This document shows, piece after piece, positions 29,501-43,200 of a DNA stretch of 47,289 nt. Position 1 is the first letter of the stretch. Each line of letters opens with the position of its first letter. The position numbers were made by a program, and so were the translations under genes. Location of the stretch: NCBI RefSeq assembly GCF_963921235.1, contig NW_026948140.1, forward strand, positions 682,001 through 729,289, written 5' to 3'. The notes below the pieces were generated by a model. That model saw nothing but the letters and a program-made list of their open reading frames with translations. It did no database searches and had not been told where the DNA came from. This DNA is from Mobula hypostoma (Eukaryota).

Positions 29501-32500
29501 TGAAAGTTCTGCACTGAAACTCCTGCCCTGAATCTCCTGCCCTGAAACTCCTGCCCTGAATCTCCTGCCCTGAAACTCATGCCCTGAATCTCATGCCCTG
29601 AAACTCCTGCCCTGAAACTCATGCCCTGAATCTCATGCCCTGAAACTCCTGCCCTGAATCTCCTGCCCTGAAACTCATGCCCTGAATCTCATGCCCTGAA
29701 ACTCCTGCCCTGAATCACATGCCCTGAAACTAAAGCCCTGAATCTCCCGCCCTGAAACTCATGCCCTGAATCACATGCCCTGAAACTCCTACCCTGAAAC
29801 TGCTGCCCTGAATCTCAAACCAGGAAACCACAGCCCTGAATCTCATGCCCTGAAACTACAGCCCTGAATCTCCTGCCCTGAAACTCATGCCCTGAATCTC
29901 ATGCCCTGAAACTCCTGCCCTGAAACTCCTGCCCTGAAACTCATGCCCTGAATCTCATGCCCTGAAATTCCTGCCCTGAAACTCCTGCCCTGAATCTCAA
30001 GCCCTGAATCTCCTGCCCTGAAACTCATGCCCTGAATCTCATGCCCTGAAACTCCTGCCCTCAAACTCATGCCCTGAAACTCCTGCCCTGAATCTCATGC
30101 CCTGAAACTCCTGCCCTGAATCTCCTGCCCTGAAACTCATGCCCTGAATCTCATGCCCTGAAACTCCAGCCCTGAATCTCATGCCCTGAAACTCCTGCCC
30201 TGAAACTCCTGCCCTGAAACTCCTGCCCTGAATCACATGCCCTGAATCACATGCCCTGAAACTCCGGCCCTGAAACTTCTATGCCCTGAAACTCCTGCCC
30301 TGAATCTCCTGCCCTGAAACTCATGCCCTGAATCTCATGCCCTGAAACTCATGCCCTGAAACTCCTGCCCTGAATCTCCTGCCCTGAAACTCATGCCCTG
30401 AATCTCATGCCCTGAAACTCCTGCCCTGAATCTCCTGCCCTGAAACTCATGCCCTGAATCTCATGCCCTGAAACTCCTGCCCTGAAACTCCTGCTCTGAA
30501 ACTGCTGCCCTGAATCTCATGCCCTGAAACTCCTGCCCTGAATCTCCTGCCCTGAAACTGCTGCCCTGAATCTCAAGCCCTGAATCTCCTGCCCTGAAAC
30601 TCATGCCCTGAATCTCATGCCCTAAAACTCCTGCCCTGAAACATTTGCACTTACTCTCTTGCCCTGAATCTCATGCCCTGAAACTCCTGCCCTGAATCTC
30701 CTTCCCTGAAACTCATGCCCTGAATCTCATGCCCTGAAACTACAGCCCTGAATCTCATGCCCTGAAACTCCTGCCCTGAAACTCCTGCCCTGAAACTCCT
30801 GCCCTGAATCACATGCCCTGAAACTCCGGCCCTGAAACTCCTACCCTGAAACTGCTGCCCTGAATCTCAAACCAGGAAACCACAGCCCTGAATCTCATGC
30901 CCTGAAACTACAGCCCTGAATCTCCTGCCATGAAACTCATGCCCTGAATCTCATGCCCTGAAACTCCTGCCCTGAAACTCCTGCCCTGAAACTCATGCCC
31001 TGAATCTCATGCCCTGAAACTCCTGCCCTGAAACTCCTGCCCTGAATCTCAAGCCCTGAATCTCCTGCCCTGAAACTCATGCCCTGAATCTCATGCCCTG
31101 AAACTCCTGCCCTGAAACATTTGCACTGAATCTCTTACCCTGAATCTCATGCCCTGAAACTCCTGCCCTGAATCTCCTGCCCTGAAACTCATGCCCTGAA
31201 TCTCATGCCCTGAAACTACAGCCCTGAATCTCATGCCCTGAAACTCCTGCCCTGAAACTCCTGCCCTGAAACTCCTGCCCTGAATCACATGCCCTGAATC
31301 ACATGCCCTGAAACTCCGGCCCTGAAACTTCTACCCTGAAACTCCTGCCCTGAATCTCCTGCCCTGAAACTCATTCCCTGAATCTCATGCCCTGAAACTC
31401 ATGCCCTGAAACTCCTGCCCTGAATCTCCTGCCCTGAAACTCATTCCCTGAATCTCATGCCCTGAAACTCCTGCCCTGAAACTCCTGCCCTGAAACTCAT
31501 GCCCTGAATCTCATTCCCTGAAACTCCTGCCCTGAAACACCTGCTCTGAAACTGCTGCCCTGAAGCTCAAGCCCTGAATCTCATGCCCTGAAACTCCTGC
31601 CCTGAAACTCATGCCCTGAATCTCATGCCCTGAAACTCCTGCCCTGAAACTCATGCCCTGAATCTCATGCCCTAAAACTCCTGCCCTGAAACATTTGCAC
31701 TTACTCTCTTGCCCTGAATCTCATGCCCTGAAACTCCTGCCCTGAATCTCCTTCCCTGAAACTCATGCCCTGAATCTCATGCACTGAAACTACAGCCCTG
31801 AATCTCATGCCCCGAAACTCCTGCCCCGAAACTCCTGCCCTGAAACTCCTGCCCTGAATCACATGCCCTGAAACTCCGGCCCTGAAACTTCTACCCTGAA
31901 ACTGCTGCCCTGAATCTCAAACCAGGAAACCACAGCCCTGAAACTAATGCCCTGAAACTCCTGCCCTGAATCTCCTGCCCTGAAACTCATTCCCTGAATC
32001 TCATGCCCTGAAACTCCTGCTCTGAAACTCCTGCCCTGAAACTCATGCCCTGAATCTCATGCCCTGAAACTCCTGCCCTGAAACTCCTGCCCTGAAACTG
32101 CTGCCCTGAAGCTCAAGCCCTGAATCTCATGCCCTGAATCTCATGCCCTGAAACTAAGGCCATGAATATCATGCCCTGAAACTCCTGCCCTGAATCTCCT
32201 GCCCTGAAAGTCATGCCCTGAATCTCCTGCCCTGAAAGTCATGCCCTGAATCTCATGCCCTGAAACTCATGCCCTGAATCTGATGCCCTGAAACTCATGC
32301 CCTGAAACTGCTGCCCTGAATCTCAATCCCTGAAAACACGCCCTGAATCTCATGCCCTGAAACTGCTGCCCTGAATCTCCTGCCCTGAAACTCATGCCCT
32401 GAATCTCCTTCCCTGAAACTCATGCCCTGAATCTGATGCCCTGAAACTCCTGCCCTGAAACTGCTGCCCTGAATCTCAAGCCCCGAAACCACAGCCCTGA

Positions 32501-35500
32501 ATCTCACGCCCTGAAACTGCTGCCCTGAAACACCAGCCCTGAAACTCCTGCCCTAAAACGCCTGCCCTGAATCTCCTGCCCTGAATCTCATGCCCTGAAT
32601 CTCAAGCCCTGAAACTCCTGCCCTGAATCTCATGCCCTGAAACTAATGCCGTGAGTCTCTTGCCCTGAATCTCAAGCCCTGAAATTGCAGCGGTGAAACT
32701 CATTCCCTGAAACTAAAGCCCTGAATCTCTTGTGCAGAAACTCCTGCACTGAAACTCCTGCCCTGAATCTCCTGCCCTCAAACTTCTGCCCTGAATCTCC
32801 TGCCCTGAAAGTCATGCCCTGAGTCTCATGCCCTGAAACTCCTGCTCTGAAACTGCAGCCCTGAATCTCAAGGCCGGAAACCACGGCCCTGAATCTCATG
32901 CCCTGAAACTCCTGCCCTGAAACTGCTGCCCTGAATCTCAAGCCCTGAATCTCATGCCCTGAAACTCCTGCCCTGAATCTCCTTCCCTGAAACTCATGCC
33001 CTGAATCACATGCCCTGAGACCCCTGCCCTGAAACTCCTGCCCTGAATCTCTTGTGCAGAAACTCCTGCACTGAAACTCCTGCCCTGAATCTCCTGCCCT
33101 GAAGCTTCTGCCCTGAATCTCCTGCCCTGAAAGTCATGCCCTGAATCTCATGCCCTGAAACTCCTGCACTAAAACTACTGCCCTGAAAGTCATGCCCTGA
33201 ATCTCATACCCTGAAACTTTTGCCCTGAAATTCCTGCCCTGAAATTGCTGCCCTGAATCTCAAGCCCTGAAACTACAGCGCTGAATCTCATGCCCTGAAA
33301 CTTCTGCCCTGAATCTCCTGCCCTGAAACTCATGCCCTGAATCTCATGCCCTGAAACTCCGGCCCTGAAACTCCTACCCTGAAACTGCTGCCCTGAATCT
33401 CAAACCAGGAAACCACAGCCCTGAATCTCATGCCCTGAAACTACAGCCCTGAATCTCCTGCCATGAAACTCATGCCCTGAATCTCATGCCCTGAAACTCC
33501 TGCCCTGAAACTCCTGCCCTGAAACTCATGCCCTGAATCTCATGCCCTGAAACTCCTGCCCTGAAACTCCTGCCCTGAAACTCATGCCCTGAATCTCATG
33601 CCCTGAAACTCCTGCCCTGAAACTCCTGCCCTGAAACTCATGCCCTGAATCTCATGCCCTGAAACTCCTGCCCTGAAACACGTGCCCTGAAACTCATGCC
33701 CTGAATCTCATGCCCTGAAACTCCTGCCCTGAATCTCCTGCCCTGAAACTCATGCCCTGAATCTCATGCCCTGAAACTACAGCCCTGAATCTCATGCCCT
33801 GAAACTCCTGCCCTGAAACTCCTGCCCTGAAACTCCTGCCCTGAATCACATGCCCTGAATCTCATGCCCTGAAACTCCTGCCCTGAAACTCCTGCCCTGA
33901 AACTCCTGCCCTGAATCTCAAACCCTGAAACTACAGCCCTGAATCTCAAGCCCTGAAACTGAAGCCCTGAATCTCCTGCCCTGAAACTCATGCCCTGAAT
34001 CTCATGCCCTGAAACTCCTGCCCTGAATCTCCTGCCCTGAAACTCATGCCCTGAATCTCATGCCCTGAAACTCCAGCCCTGAATCTCCTTCCCTGAAACT
34101 CATGCCCTGAATCTCATGCACTGAAACTCCTGCCCTGAATCTCATGCCCTGAAACTCCTGCCCTGAAACTCCTGCCCTGAAACTCCTGCCCTGAATCTCA
34201 TGCCCTGAATCACATGCCCTGAAACTCCTGCCCTGAAACACCTGCTCTGAAACTGCTGCCCTGAAGCTCAAACCCTGAATCTCATGCCCTGAATCTCATG
34301 ACCTGAAACTAAGGCCATGAATCTCATGCCCTGAAACTCCTGCCCTGAATCTCATGCCCTGAAACTGTTGCCCTGAATCTCCTGCCCTGAAACTCATGCC
34401 CTGAATCTCAAACCAGGAAAACACAGCCCTGAATCTCATGCCCTGAAACTTTTGCCCTGAAATTCCTGCCCTGAAATTGCTGCCCTGGATCTCAAACCCT
34501 GAAACTACAGCCCTGAATCTCATGCCCTGAAACTAAAGCCCTGAATCTCCTTCCCTGAAACTCATGCCCTGAATCAGATGCCCTGAGACTCCTGCCCTGA
34601 ATCTCCTGTGCACAAAGTTCTGCACTGAAACTCCTGCCCTGAATCTCCTGCCCTGAAACTCCTGCCCTGAATCTCCTGCCCTGAAAGTCATGCCCTGAAT
34701 CTCATGCCCTGAAACTCCTGCCATGAAACTCATGCCCTGAATCTCATGCCCTGAAACTTTTGCCCTGAAATTCCTGCCCTGAAATTGCTGCCCTGAATCT
34801 CAAGCCCTGAAACTACAGCGCTGAATCACATGCCCTGAAACTAAAGCCCTGAATCTCCCGCCCTGAAACTCATGCCCTGAATCACATGCCCTGAAACTCC
34901 TACCCTGAAACTGCTGCCCTGAATCTCAAACCAGGAAACCACAGCCCTGAATCTCATGCCCTGAAACTACAGCCCTGAATCTCCTGCCCTGAAACTCATG
35001 CCCTGAATCTCATGCCCTGAAAATCCTGCTCTGAAACTCCTGCCCTGAAACTCATGCCCTGAATCTCATGCTCTGAAATTCCTGCCCTGATACTGCTGCC
35101 CTGAATCTCAAGCCCTGAATCTCCTGCCCTGAAACTCATGCCCTGAATCTCATGCCCTAAAACTCCTGCCCTGAAACATTTGCACTTACTCTCTTGCCCT
35201 GAATCTCATGCCCTGAAACTCCTGCCCTGAATCTCCTTCCCTGAAACTCATGCCCTGAATCTCATGCACTGAAACTACAGCCCTGAATCTCATGCCCCGA
35301 AACTCCTGCCCCGAAACTCCTGCCCTGAAACTCCTGCCCTGAATCACATGCCCTGAATCACATGCCCTGAAACTCCGGCCCTGAAACTTCTACCCTGAAA
35401 CTCCTGCCCTGAATCTCCTGCCCTGAAACTCATTCCATTAATCTCATGCGCTGAAACTCATGCCCTGAAACTCCTGCCCTGAATCTCCTGCCCTGAAACT

Positions 35501-35659
35501 CATTCCATTAATCTCATGCGCTGAAAGTCCTGCTCTGAAACTCCTGCCCTGAAACTCATGCCCTGAATCTCATTCCCTGAAACTCCTGCCCTGAAACACC
35601 TGCTCTGAAACTGCTGCCCTGAAGCTCAAGCCCTGAATCTCATGCCTAAATCTCCTGCC
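26501..35659. repeat. Transition zone: mosaic of partial or rearranged HOR segments mixed with consensus monomers
   Basis: HOR-type markers become frequent: CATTTGCACT at 28557, 28918, 30642, 31118, 31692 and 35177; GAAATTGCAGCGGTGA at 32681. The 31692->32681 spacing is 989 bp, as in the full HOR copies, but the next copy of that marker is 4058 bp away rather than ~4560. Boundaries approximate. Confidence 0.7.
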
Positions 35660-38600
35660 CTGAAACTGCTGCCCTGAATCTCAAGCCCTGAATCTCCTGC
35701 CCTGAAACTCATGCCCTGAATCTCATGCCCTAAAACTCCTGCCCTGAAACATTTGCACTTACTCTCTTGCCCTGAATCTCATGCCCTGAAACTCCTGCCC
35801 TGAATCTCCTTCCCTGAAACTCATGCCCTGAATCTCATGCACTGAAACTACAGCCCTGAATCTCATGCCCCGAAACTCCTGCCCTGAAACTCCTGCCCTG
35901 AAACTCCTGCCCTGAATCACATGCCCTGAAACTCCGGCCCTGAAACTTCTACCCTGAAACTGCTGCCCTGAATCTCAAACCAGGAAACCACAGCCCTGAA
36001 ACTAATGCCCTGAAACTCCTGCCCTGAATCTCCTGCCCTGAAACTCATTCCATGAATCTCATGCCCTGAAACTCCTGCTCTGAAACTCCTGCCCTGAAAC
36101 TCATGCCCTGAATCTCATTCCCTGAAACTCCTGCCCTGAAACACCTGCTCTGAAACTGCTGCCCTGAAGCTCAAGCCCTGAATCTCATGCCCTGAATCTC
36201 ATGACCTGAAACTAAGGCCATGAATCTCATGCCCTGAAACTCCTGCCCTGAATCTCCTGCCTTGAAAGTCATGCCCTGAATCTCATGCCCTGAAACTGCT
36301 GCCCTGAATCTCCTGCCCTGAAACTCATGCCCTGAATCTCCTTCCCTGAAACTCATGCCCTGAAACTGCTGCCCTGAATCTCAAACCCCTAAAACACGTC
36401 CTGAATCTCATGCCCTGAAACTGCTGCCCTGAATCTCCTGCCCTGAAACTCATGCCCTGAATCTCCTTCCCTGAAACTCATGCCCTGAATCTGATGCCCT
36501 GAAACTCCTGCCCTGAAACTGCTGCCCTGAATCTCAAGCCCCGAAACCACAGCCCTGAATCTCACGCCCTGTAACTGCTGCCCTGAAACACCAGCCCTGA
36601 AACTCCTGCCCTAAAACGCCTGCCCTGAATCTCCTGCCCTGAATCTCATGCCCTGAATCTCAAGCCCTGAAACTACTGCCCTGAATTTCATGCCCTGAAA
36701 CTAATGCCGTGAGTCTCTTGCCCTGAATCTCAAGCCCTGAAATTGCAGCGGTGAAACTCATTCCCTGAAACTAAAGCCCTGAATCTCTTGTGCAGAAACT
36801 CCTGCACTGAAACTCCTGCCCTGAATCTCCTGCCCTCAAACTTCTGCCCTGAATCTCCTGCCCTGAAAGTCATGCCCTGAGTCTCATGCCCAGAAACTCC
36901 TGCTCTGAAACTGCAGCCCTGAATCTCAAGGCCGGAAACCACGGCCCTGAATCTCATGCCCTGAAACTCCTCCTCTGAAACTGCTGCCCTGAATCTCAAG
37001 CCCTGAATTTCATGCCCTGAAACTCCTCTCCTGAATCTCCTTCCCTGAAACTCATGCCCTGAATCACATGCCCTGAGACCCCTGCCCTGAAACTCCTGCC
37101 CTGAATCTCTTGTGCAGAAACTCCTGCACTGAAACTCCTGCCCTGAATCTCCTGCCCTGAAGCTTCTGCCCTGAATCTCCTGCCCTGAAAGTCATGCCCT
37201 GAGTCTCATGCCCTGAAACTCCTGCACTAAAACTACTGCCCTGAAAGTCATGCCCTGAATCTCATACCCTGAAACTTTTGCCCTGAAATTCCTGCCCTAA
37301 AATTGCTGCCCTGAATCCCAAGCCCTGAAACTACAGCGCTGAATCTCATGCCCTGAAACTAAAGCCCTGAATCTCCCGCCCTGAAACTCATGCCCTGAAT
37401 TACATGCCCTGAAACTCCGGCCCTGAAACTCCTACCCTGAAACTGCTGCCCTGAATCTCAAACCAGAAAACCACAGCCCTGAATCTCATGCCCTGAAACT
37501 ACAGCCCTGAATCTCCTGCCATGAAACTCATGCCCTGAATCTCATGCCCTGAAACTCCTGCCCTGAAACTCCTGCCCTGAAACTCATGCCCTGAATCTCA
37601 TGCTCTGAAACTCCTGCCCTGAAACTCCTGCCCTGAAACTCATGCCCTGAATCTCATGCTCTGAAACTCCTGCCCTGAAACTCCTGCTCTGAAACTGCTG
37701 CCCTGAAGCTCAAGCCCTGAATCTCATGACTTGAAACTAAAGCCCTGAATATCATGCCCTGAAACACCAGCCCTGAAACTGCTGCCCTGAATCACATGCC
37801 CTGAAAATCCTGCCCTGATTCTCATGCCCTGAAATTCCTGCCCTGAAACTCATGCCCTGAATCACATGCCCTGAAACTCCTGCCCTGAATCTCCTGCCCT
37901 GAAACTCATGCCCTGAATCTCATGCCCTGAAATTCCTGCACTGAAATTCCTGCCCTGAAATTGCTGCGCTGAATCTCAAGCCCTGATACTACAGCCCTGA
38001 ATCTAATGCTTGAAACTAAAGCTCTGAATCTCCTGCTCTGAAACTCGTGCCCTGAATCACATGCCCTTAAACTTCTGCCCTGAAACTCCTGCCCTGAATC
38101 TCCTGCCCTGAAACTCATGCCCTGAATCTCATGCACTGAAATGTCTGCCCTGAAATTCCTGCCCTGAAACTGCTGCCCTGAATCTCAAGCCCTGAATCTC
38201 CTGCACTGAATCTCCTGCCCTGAATCTCATTCTCTGTATCTGATGCCCTAGAACTACTGCCCTGAAACATTTGCACTTACACTCCTGCCCTGAATCTCAA
38301 GGCCTGAAACTACTGCCCTGAATCTCATGCCCTGAAACTCCTGCCCGGAATCTCCTGCCCTGAAACTCATGCCCTGAATCACATGCCCTGAAACTCCTGC
38401 CTGAAAATCCTACCCTGAAACTGCTGCCCTGAATCTCAATCTAGGAAACCACAGCCCTGAATCTCAAGCCCTGAAACTAAAGCCCTGAATCTCCCGTCCT
38501 GAAACTCATGCCCTGAATCACATGCCCTGGAACTCCTGTCCTGAAACTCCTACCCTGAAACTGCTGCCCTGAATCTCAAACCAGGAAAACACAGCCCTGA

Positions 38601-40214
38601 ATCTCATGCCCTGAAACTTTTGCCCTGAAATTCCTGCCCTGAAATTGCTGCCCTGAATCTCAAACCCTGAAACCACAGCGCTGAATCTCATGCCCTGAAT
38701 CTCATGACCTGAAACTCATGCCCTGAATCTCATGCCCTGAATCTCCTGCCCTGAAACTTATGCCCTGAATCTCATGCCCAGAAACTCCTGCACTGAAACT
38801 CCTGCCCAGAAACTCATGCCCTGAATCTCAAGCCCTGATACTACAGCCCTGAATCTAATGCTTGAAACTACTGCCCTGAATCTCCTGCTCTGAAACTCAT
38901 GCCCTGAATCACATGCCCTGAAACTCCTGCCATGAAACTCCTGCACTGAATCTCCTGCCCTGATACTCATGCCCTGAATCTCATGCCCTGAAAGTTCTGC
39001 CCTGAAATTCCTGCCCTGAAACTGCTGCCCTGAATCTCAAGCCCTGAAACTAAAGCCCTAATCTCATGCCCAGAAACTAAAGCACAGAATCTCCTGCCCT
39101 GAAACTCATGCTCTGAATCTCTTCGCTGAAACTCATGCCCTGAATCTCATGCCCTGAAACTCCTGCCCTGAACTCATGCCCTGATTCACATGCCCTGAAT
39201 ATCCTGCCCTGAATCTCCTGCCCTGAAACTCATGCCCTGAATCTCATGCCCTAAAACTCCTGCCCTGAAACATTTGCACTTACACTCTTGCCCTGAATCT
39301 CATGCCCTGAAACTCCTGCCCTGAATCTCCTTCCCTGAAACTCATGCCCTGAATCTCATGCACTGAAACTACAGCCCTGAATCTCATGCCCCGAAACTCC
39401 TGCCCCGAAACTCCTGCCCTGAAACTCCTGCCCTGAATCACATGCCCTGAATCACATGCCCTGAAACTCCGGCCCTGAAACACCTGCTCTGAAACTGCTG
39501 CCCTGAAGCTCAAGCCCTGAATCTCATGCCCTGAATCTCATGACCTGAAACTAAGGCCATGAATCTGATGCCCTGAAACTCCTGCCCTGAATCTCAAGCC
39601 CTGAATCTCCTGCCCTGAAACTCATGCTCTGAATCTCTTCGCTGAAACTCATGCCCTGAATCTCATGCCCTGAAACTCCTGCCCTGAAACTCGACCTGAT
39701 TCACATGCCCTGAATCTGCTGCCCTGAATCTCCTGCCCTGAAACTCATGCCCTGAATCTCATGCCCTAAAACTCCTGCCCTGAAACATTTGCACTTATTC
39801 TCTTGCCCTGAATCTCATGCCCGGAAACTCCTGCCCTGAATCTCCTTCCCTGAAACTCATGCCCTGAATCTCATGCCCTGAAACTTTTGCCCTGAAATTC
39901 CTGCCCTGAAATTGCTGCCCTGAATCTAAAGCCCTGAAACTACAGCGCTGAATCACATGCCCTGAAACTAAAGCCCTGAATCTCCCGCCCTGAAACTCAT
40001 GCCCTGAATCACATGCCCTGAAACTCCTACCCTGAAACTGCTGCCCTGAATCTCAAACCAGGAAACCACAGCCCTGAATCTCATGCCCTGAAACTACAGC
40101 CCTGAATCTCCTGCCATGAAACTCATGCCCTGAATCTCATGCCCTGAAAATCCTGCTCTGAAACTCCTGCCCTGAAACTTCATGCCCTGAATCTCATGCT
40201 CTGAAATTCCTGCC
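35660..40214. repeat. Higher-order repeat copy 1 (~4,555 bp, ~326 monomers)
   Basis: Marker GAAATTGCAGCGGTGA at 36739 recurs at 41294 (+4555). TCTCTGTATCTGATGCCC at 38231 recurs at 42800 (+4569). Identical artefactual ORFs 37906/42475, 38758/43327 and 39280/43850 are offset by 4569-4570. The start phase is arbitrary. Confidence 0.92.
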
Positions 40215-43200
40215 CTGAACTGCTGCCCTGAATCTCAAGCCCTGAATCTCCTGCCCTGAAACTCATGCCCTGAATCTCATGCCCTAAAACTCCTGCCCTG
40301 AAACATTTGCACTTACTCTCTTACCCTGAATCTCATGCCCTGAAACTCCTGCCCTGAATCTCCTTCCCTGAAACTCATGCCCTGAATCTCATGCACTGAA
40401 ACTACAGCCCTGAATCTCATGCCCCGAAACTCCTGCCCCGAAACTCCTGCCCTGAAACTCCATGCCCTGAATCACATGCCCTGAAACTCCGGCCCTGAAA
40501 CTTCTACCCTGAAACTGCTGCCCTGAATCTCAAACCAGGAAACCACAGCCCTGAAACTAATGCCCTGAAACTCCTGCCCTGAATCTCCTGCCCTGAAACT
40601 CATTCCATTAATCTCATGCGCTGAAACTCCTGCTCTGAAACTCCTGCCCTGAAACTCATGCCCTGAATCTCATTCCCTGAAACTCCTGCCCTGAAACACC
40701 TGCTCTGAAACTGCTGCCCTGAAGCTCAAGCCCTGAATCTCATGCCCTGAATCTCATGACCTGAAACTAAGGCCATGAATATCATGCCCTGAAACTCCTG
40801 CCCTGAATCTCCTGCCCTGAAAGTCATGCCCTGAATCTCCTGCCCTGAAAGTCATGCCCTGAATCTCATGCCCTGAAACTCATGCGCTGAATCTGATGCC
40901 CTGAAACTCCTGCCCTGAAACTGCTGCCCTGAATCTCAAACCCCGAAAACACGTCCTGAATCTCATGCCCTGAAACTGCTGCCCTGAATCTCCTGCCCTG
41001 AAACTCATGCCCTGAATCTCCTTCCCTGAAACTCATGCCCTGAATCTGATGCCCTGAAACTCCTGCCCTGAAACTGCTGCCCTGAATCTCAAGCCCCGAA
41101 ACCACAGCCCTGAATCTCACGCCCTGTAACTGCTGCCCTGAAACACCAGCCCTGAAACTCCTGCCCTAAAACGCCTGCCCTGAATCTCCTGCCCTGAATC
41201 TCATGCCCTGAATCTCAAGCCCTGAAACTACTGCCCTAAATTTCATGCCCTGAAACTAATGCCGTGAGTCTCTTGCCCTGAATCTCAAGCCCTGAAATTG
41301 CAGCGGTGAAACTCATTCCCTGAAACTAAAGCCCTGAATCTCTTGTGCAGAAACTCCTGCACTGAAACTCCTGCCCTGAATCTCCTGCCCTCAAACTTCT
41401 GCCCTGAATCTCCTGCCCTGAAAGTCATGCCCTGAGTCTCATGCCCAGAAACTCCTGCTCTGAAACTGCAGCCCTGAATCTGAAGGCCGGAAACCACGGC
41501 CCTGAATCTCATGCCCTGAAACTCCTCCTCTGAAACTGCTGCCCTGAATCTCAAGCCCTGAATGTCACGCCCTGAAACTCCTCTCCTGAATCTCCTTCCC
41601 TGAAACTCATGCCCTGAATCACATGCCCTGAGACCCCTGCCCTGAAACTCCTGCCCTGAATCTCTTGTGCAGAAACTCCTGCACTGAAACTCCTGCCCTG
41701 AATCTCCTGCCCTGAAGCTTCTGCCCTGAATCTCCTGCCCTGAAAGTCATGCCCTGAGTCTCATGCCCTGAAACTCCTGCACTAAAACTACTGCCCTGAA
41801 AGTCATGCCCTGAATCTCATACCCTGAAACTTTTGCCCTGAAATTCCTGCCCTAAAATTGCTGCCCTGAATCCCAAGCCCTGAAACTACAGCGCTGAATC
41901 TCATGCCCTGAAACTAAAGCCCTGAATCTCCCGCCCTGAAACTCATGCCCTGAATTACATGCCCTGAAACTCCGGCCCTGAAACTCCTACCCTGAAACTG
42001 CTGCCCTGAATCTCAAACCAGGAAACCACAGCCCTGAATCTCATGCCCTGAAACTACAGCCCTGAATCTCCTGCCATGAAACTCATGCCCTGAATCTCAT
42101 GCCCTGAAACTCCTGCCCTGAAACTCCTGCCCTGAAACTCATGCCCTGAATCTCATGCTCTGAAACTCCTGCCCTGAAACTCCTGCCCTGAAACTCATGC
42201 CCTGAATCTCATGCTCTGAAACTCCTGCCCTGAAACTCCTGCTCTGAAACTGCTGCCCTGAAGCTCAAGCCCTGAATCTCATGCCCTGAATCTCATGACT
42301 TGAAACTAAAGCCCTGAATATCATGCCCTGAAACACCAGCCCTGAAACTGCTGCCCTGAATCACATGCCCTGAAAATCCTGCCCTGATTCTCATGCCCTG
42401 AAATTCCTGCCCTGAAACTCATGCCCTGAATCACATGCCCTGAAACTCCTGCCCTGAATCTCCTGCCCTGAAACTCATGCCCTGAATCTCATGCCCTGAA
42501 ATTCCTGCACTGAAATTCCTGCCCTGAAATTGCTGCGCTGAATCTCAAGCCCTGATACTACAGCCCTGAATCTAATGCTTGAAACTAAAGCTCTGAATCT
42601 CCTGCTCTGAAACTCGTGCCCTGAATCACATGCCCTTAAACTTCTGCCCTGAAACTCCTGCCCTGAATCTCCTGCCCTGAAACTCATGCCCTGAATCTCA
42701 TGCACTGAAATGTCTGCCCTGAAATTCCTGCCCTGAAACTGCTGCCCTGAATCTCAAGCCCTGAATCTCCTGCACTGAATCTCCTGCCCTGAATCTCATT
42801 CTCTGTATCTGATGCCCCAGAACTACTGCCCTGAAACATTTGCACTTACACTCCTGCCCTGAATCTCAAGGCCTGAAACTACTGCCCTGAATCTCATGCC
42901 CTGAAACTCCTGCCCGGAATCTCCTGCCCCGAAACTCATGCCCTGAATCACATGCCCTGAAACTCCTGCCTGAAAATCCTACCCTGAAACTGCTGCCCTG
43001 AATCTCAATCTAGGAAACCACAGCCCTGAATCTCAAGCCCTGAAACTAAAGCCCTGAATCTCCCGTCCTGAAACTCATGCCCTGAATCACATGCCCTGGA
43101 ACTCCTGTCCTGAAACTCCTACCCTGAAACTGCTGCCCTGAATCTCAAACCAGGAAAACACAGCCCTGAATCTCATGCCCTGAAACTTTTGCCCTGAAAT

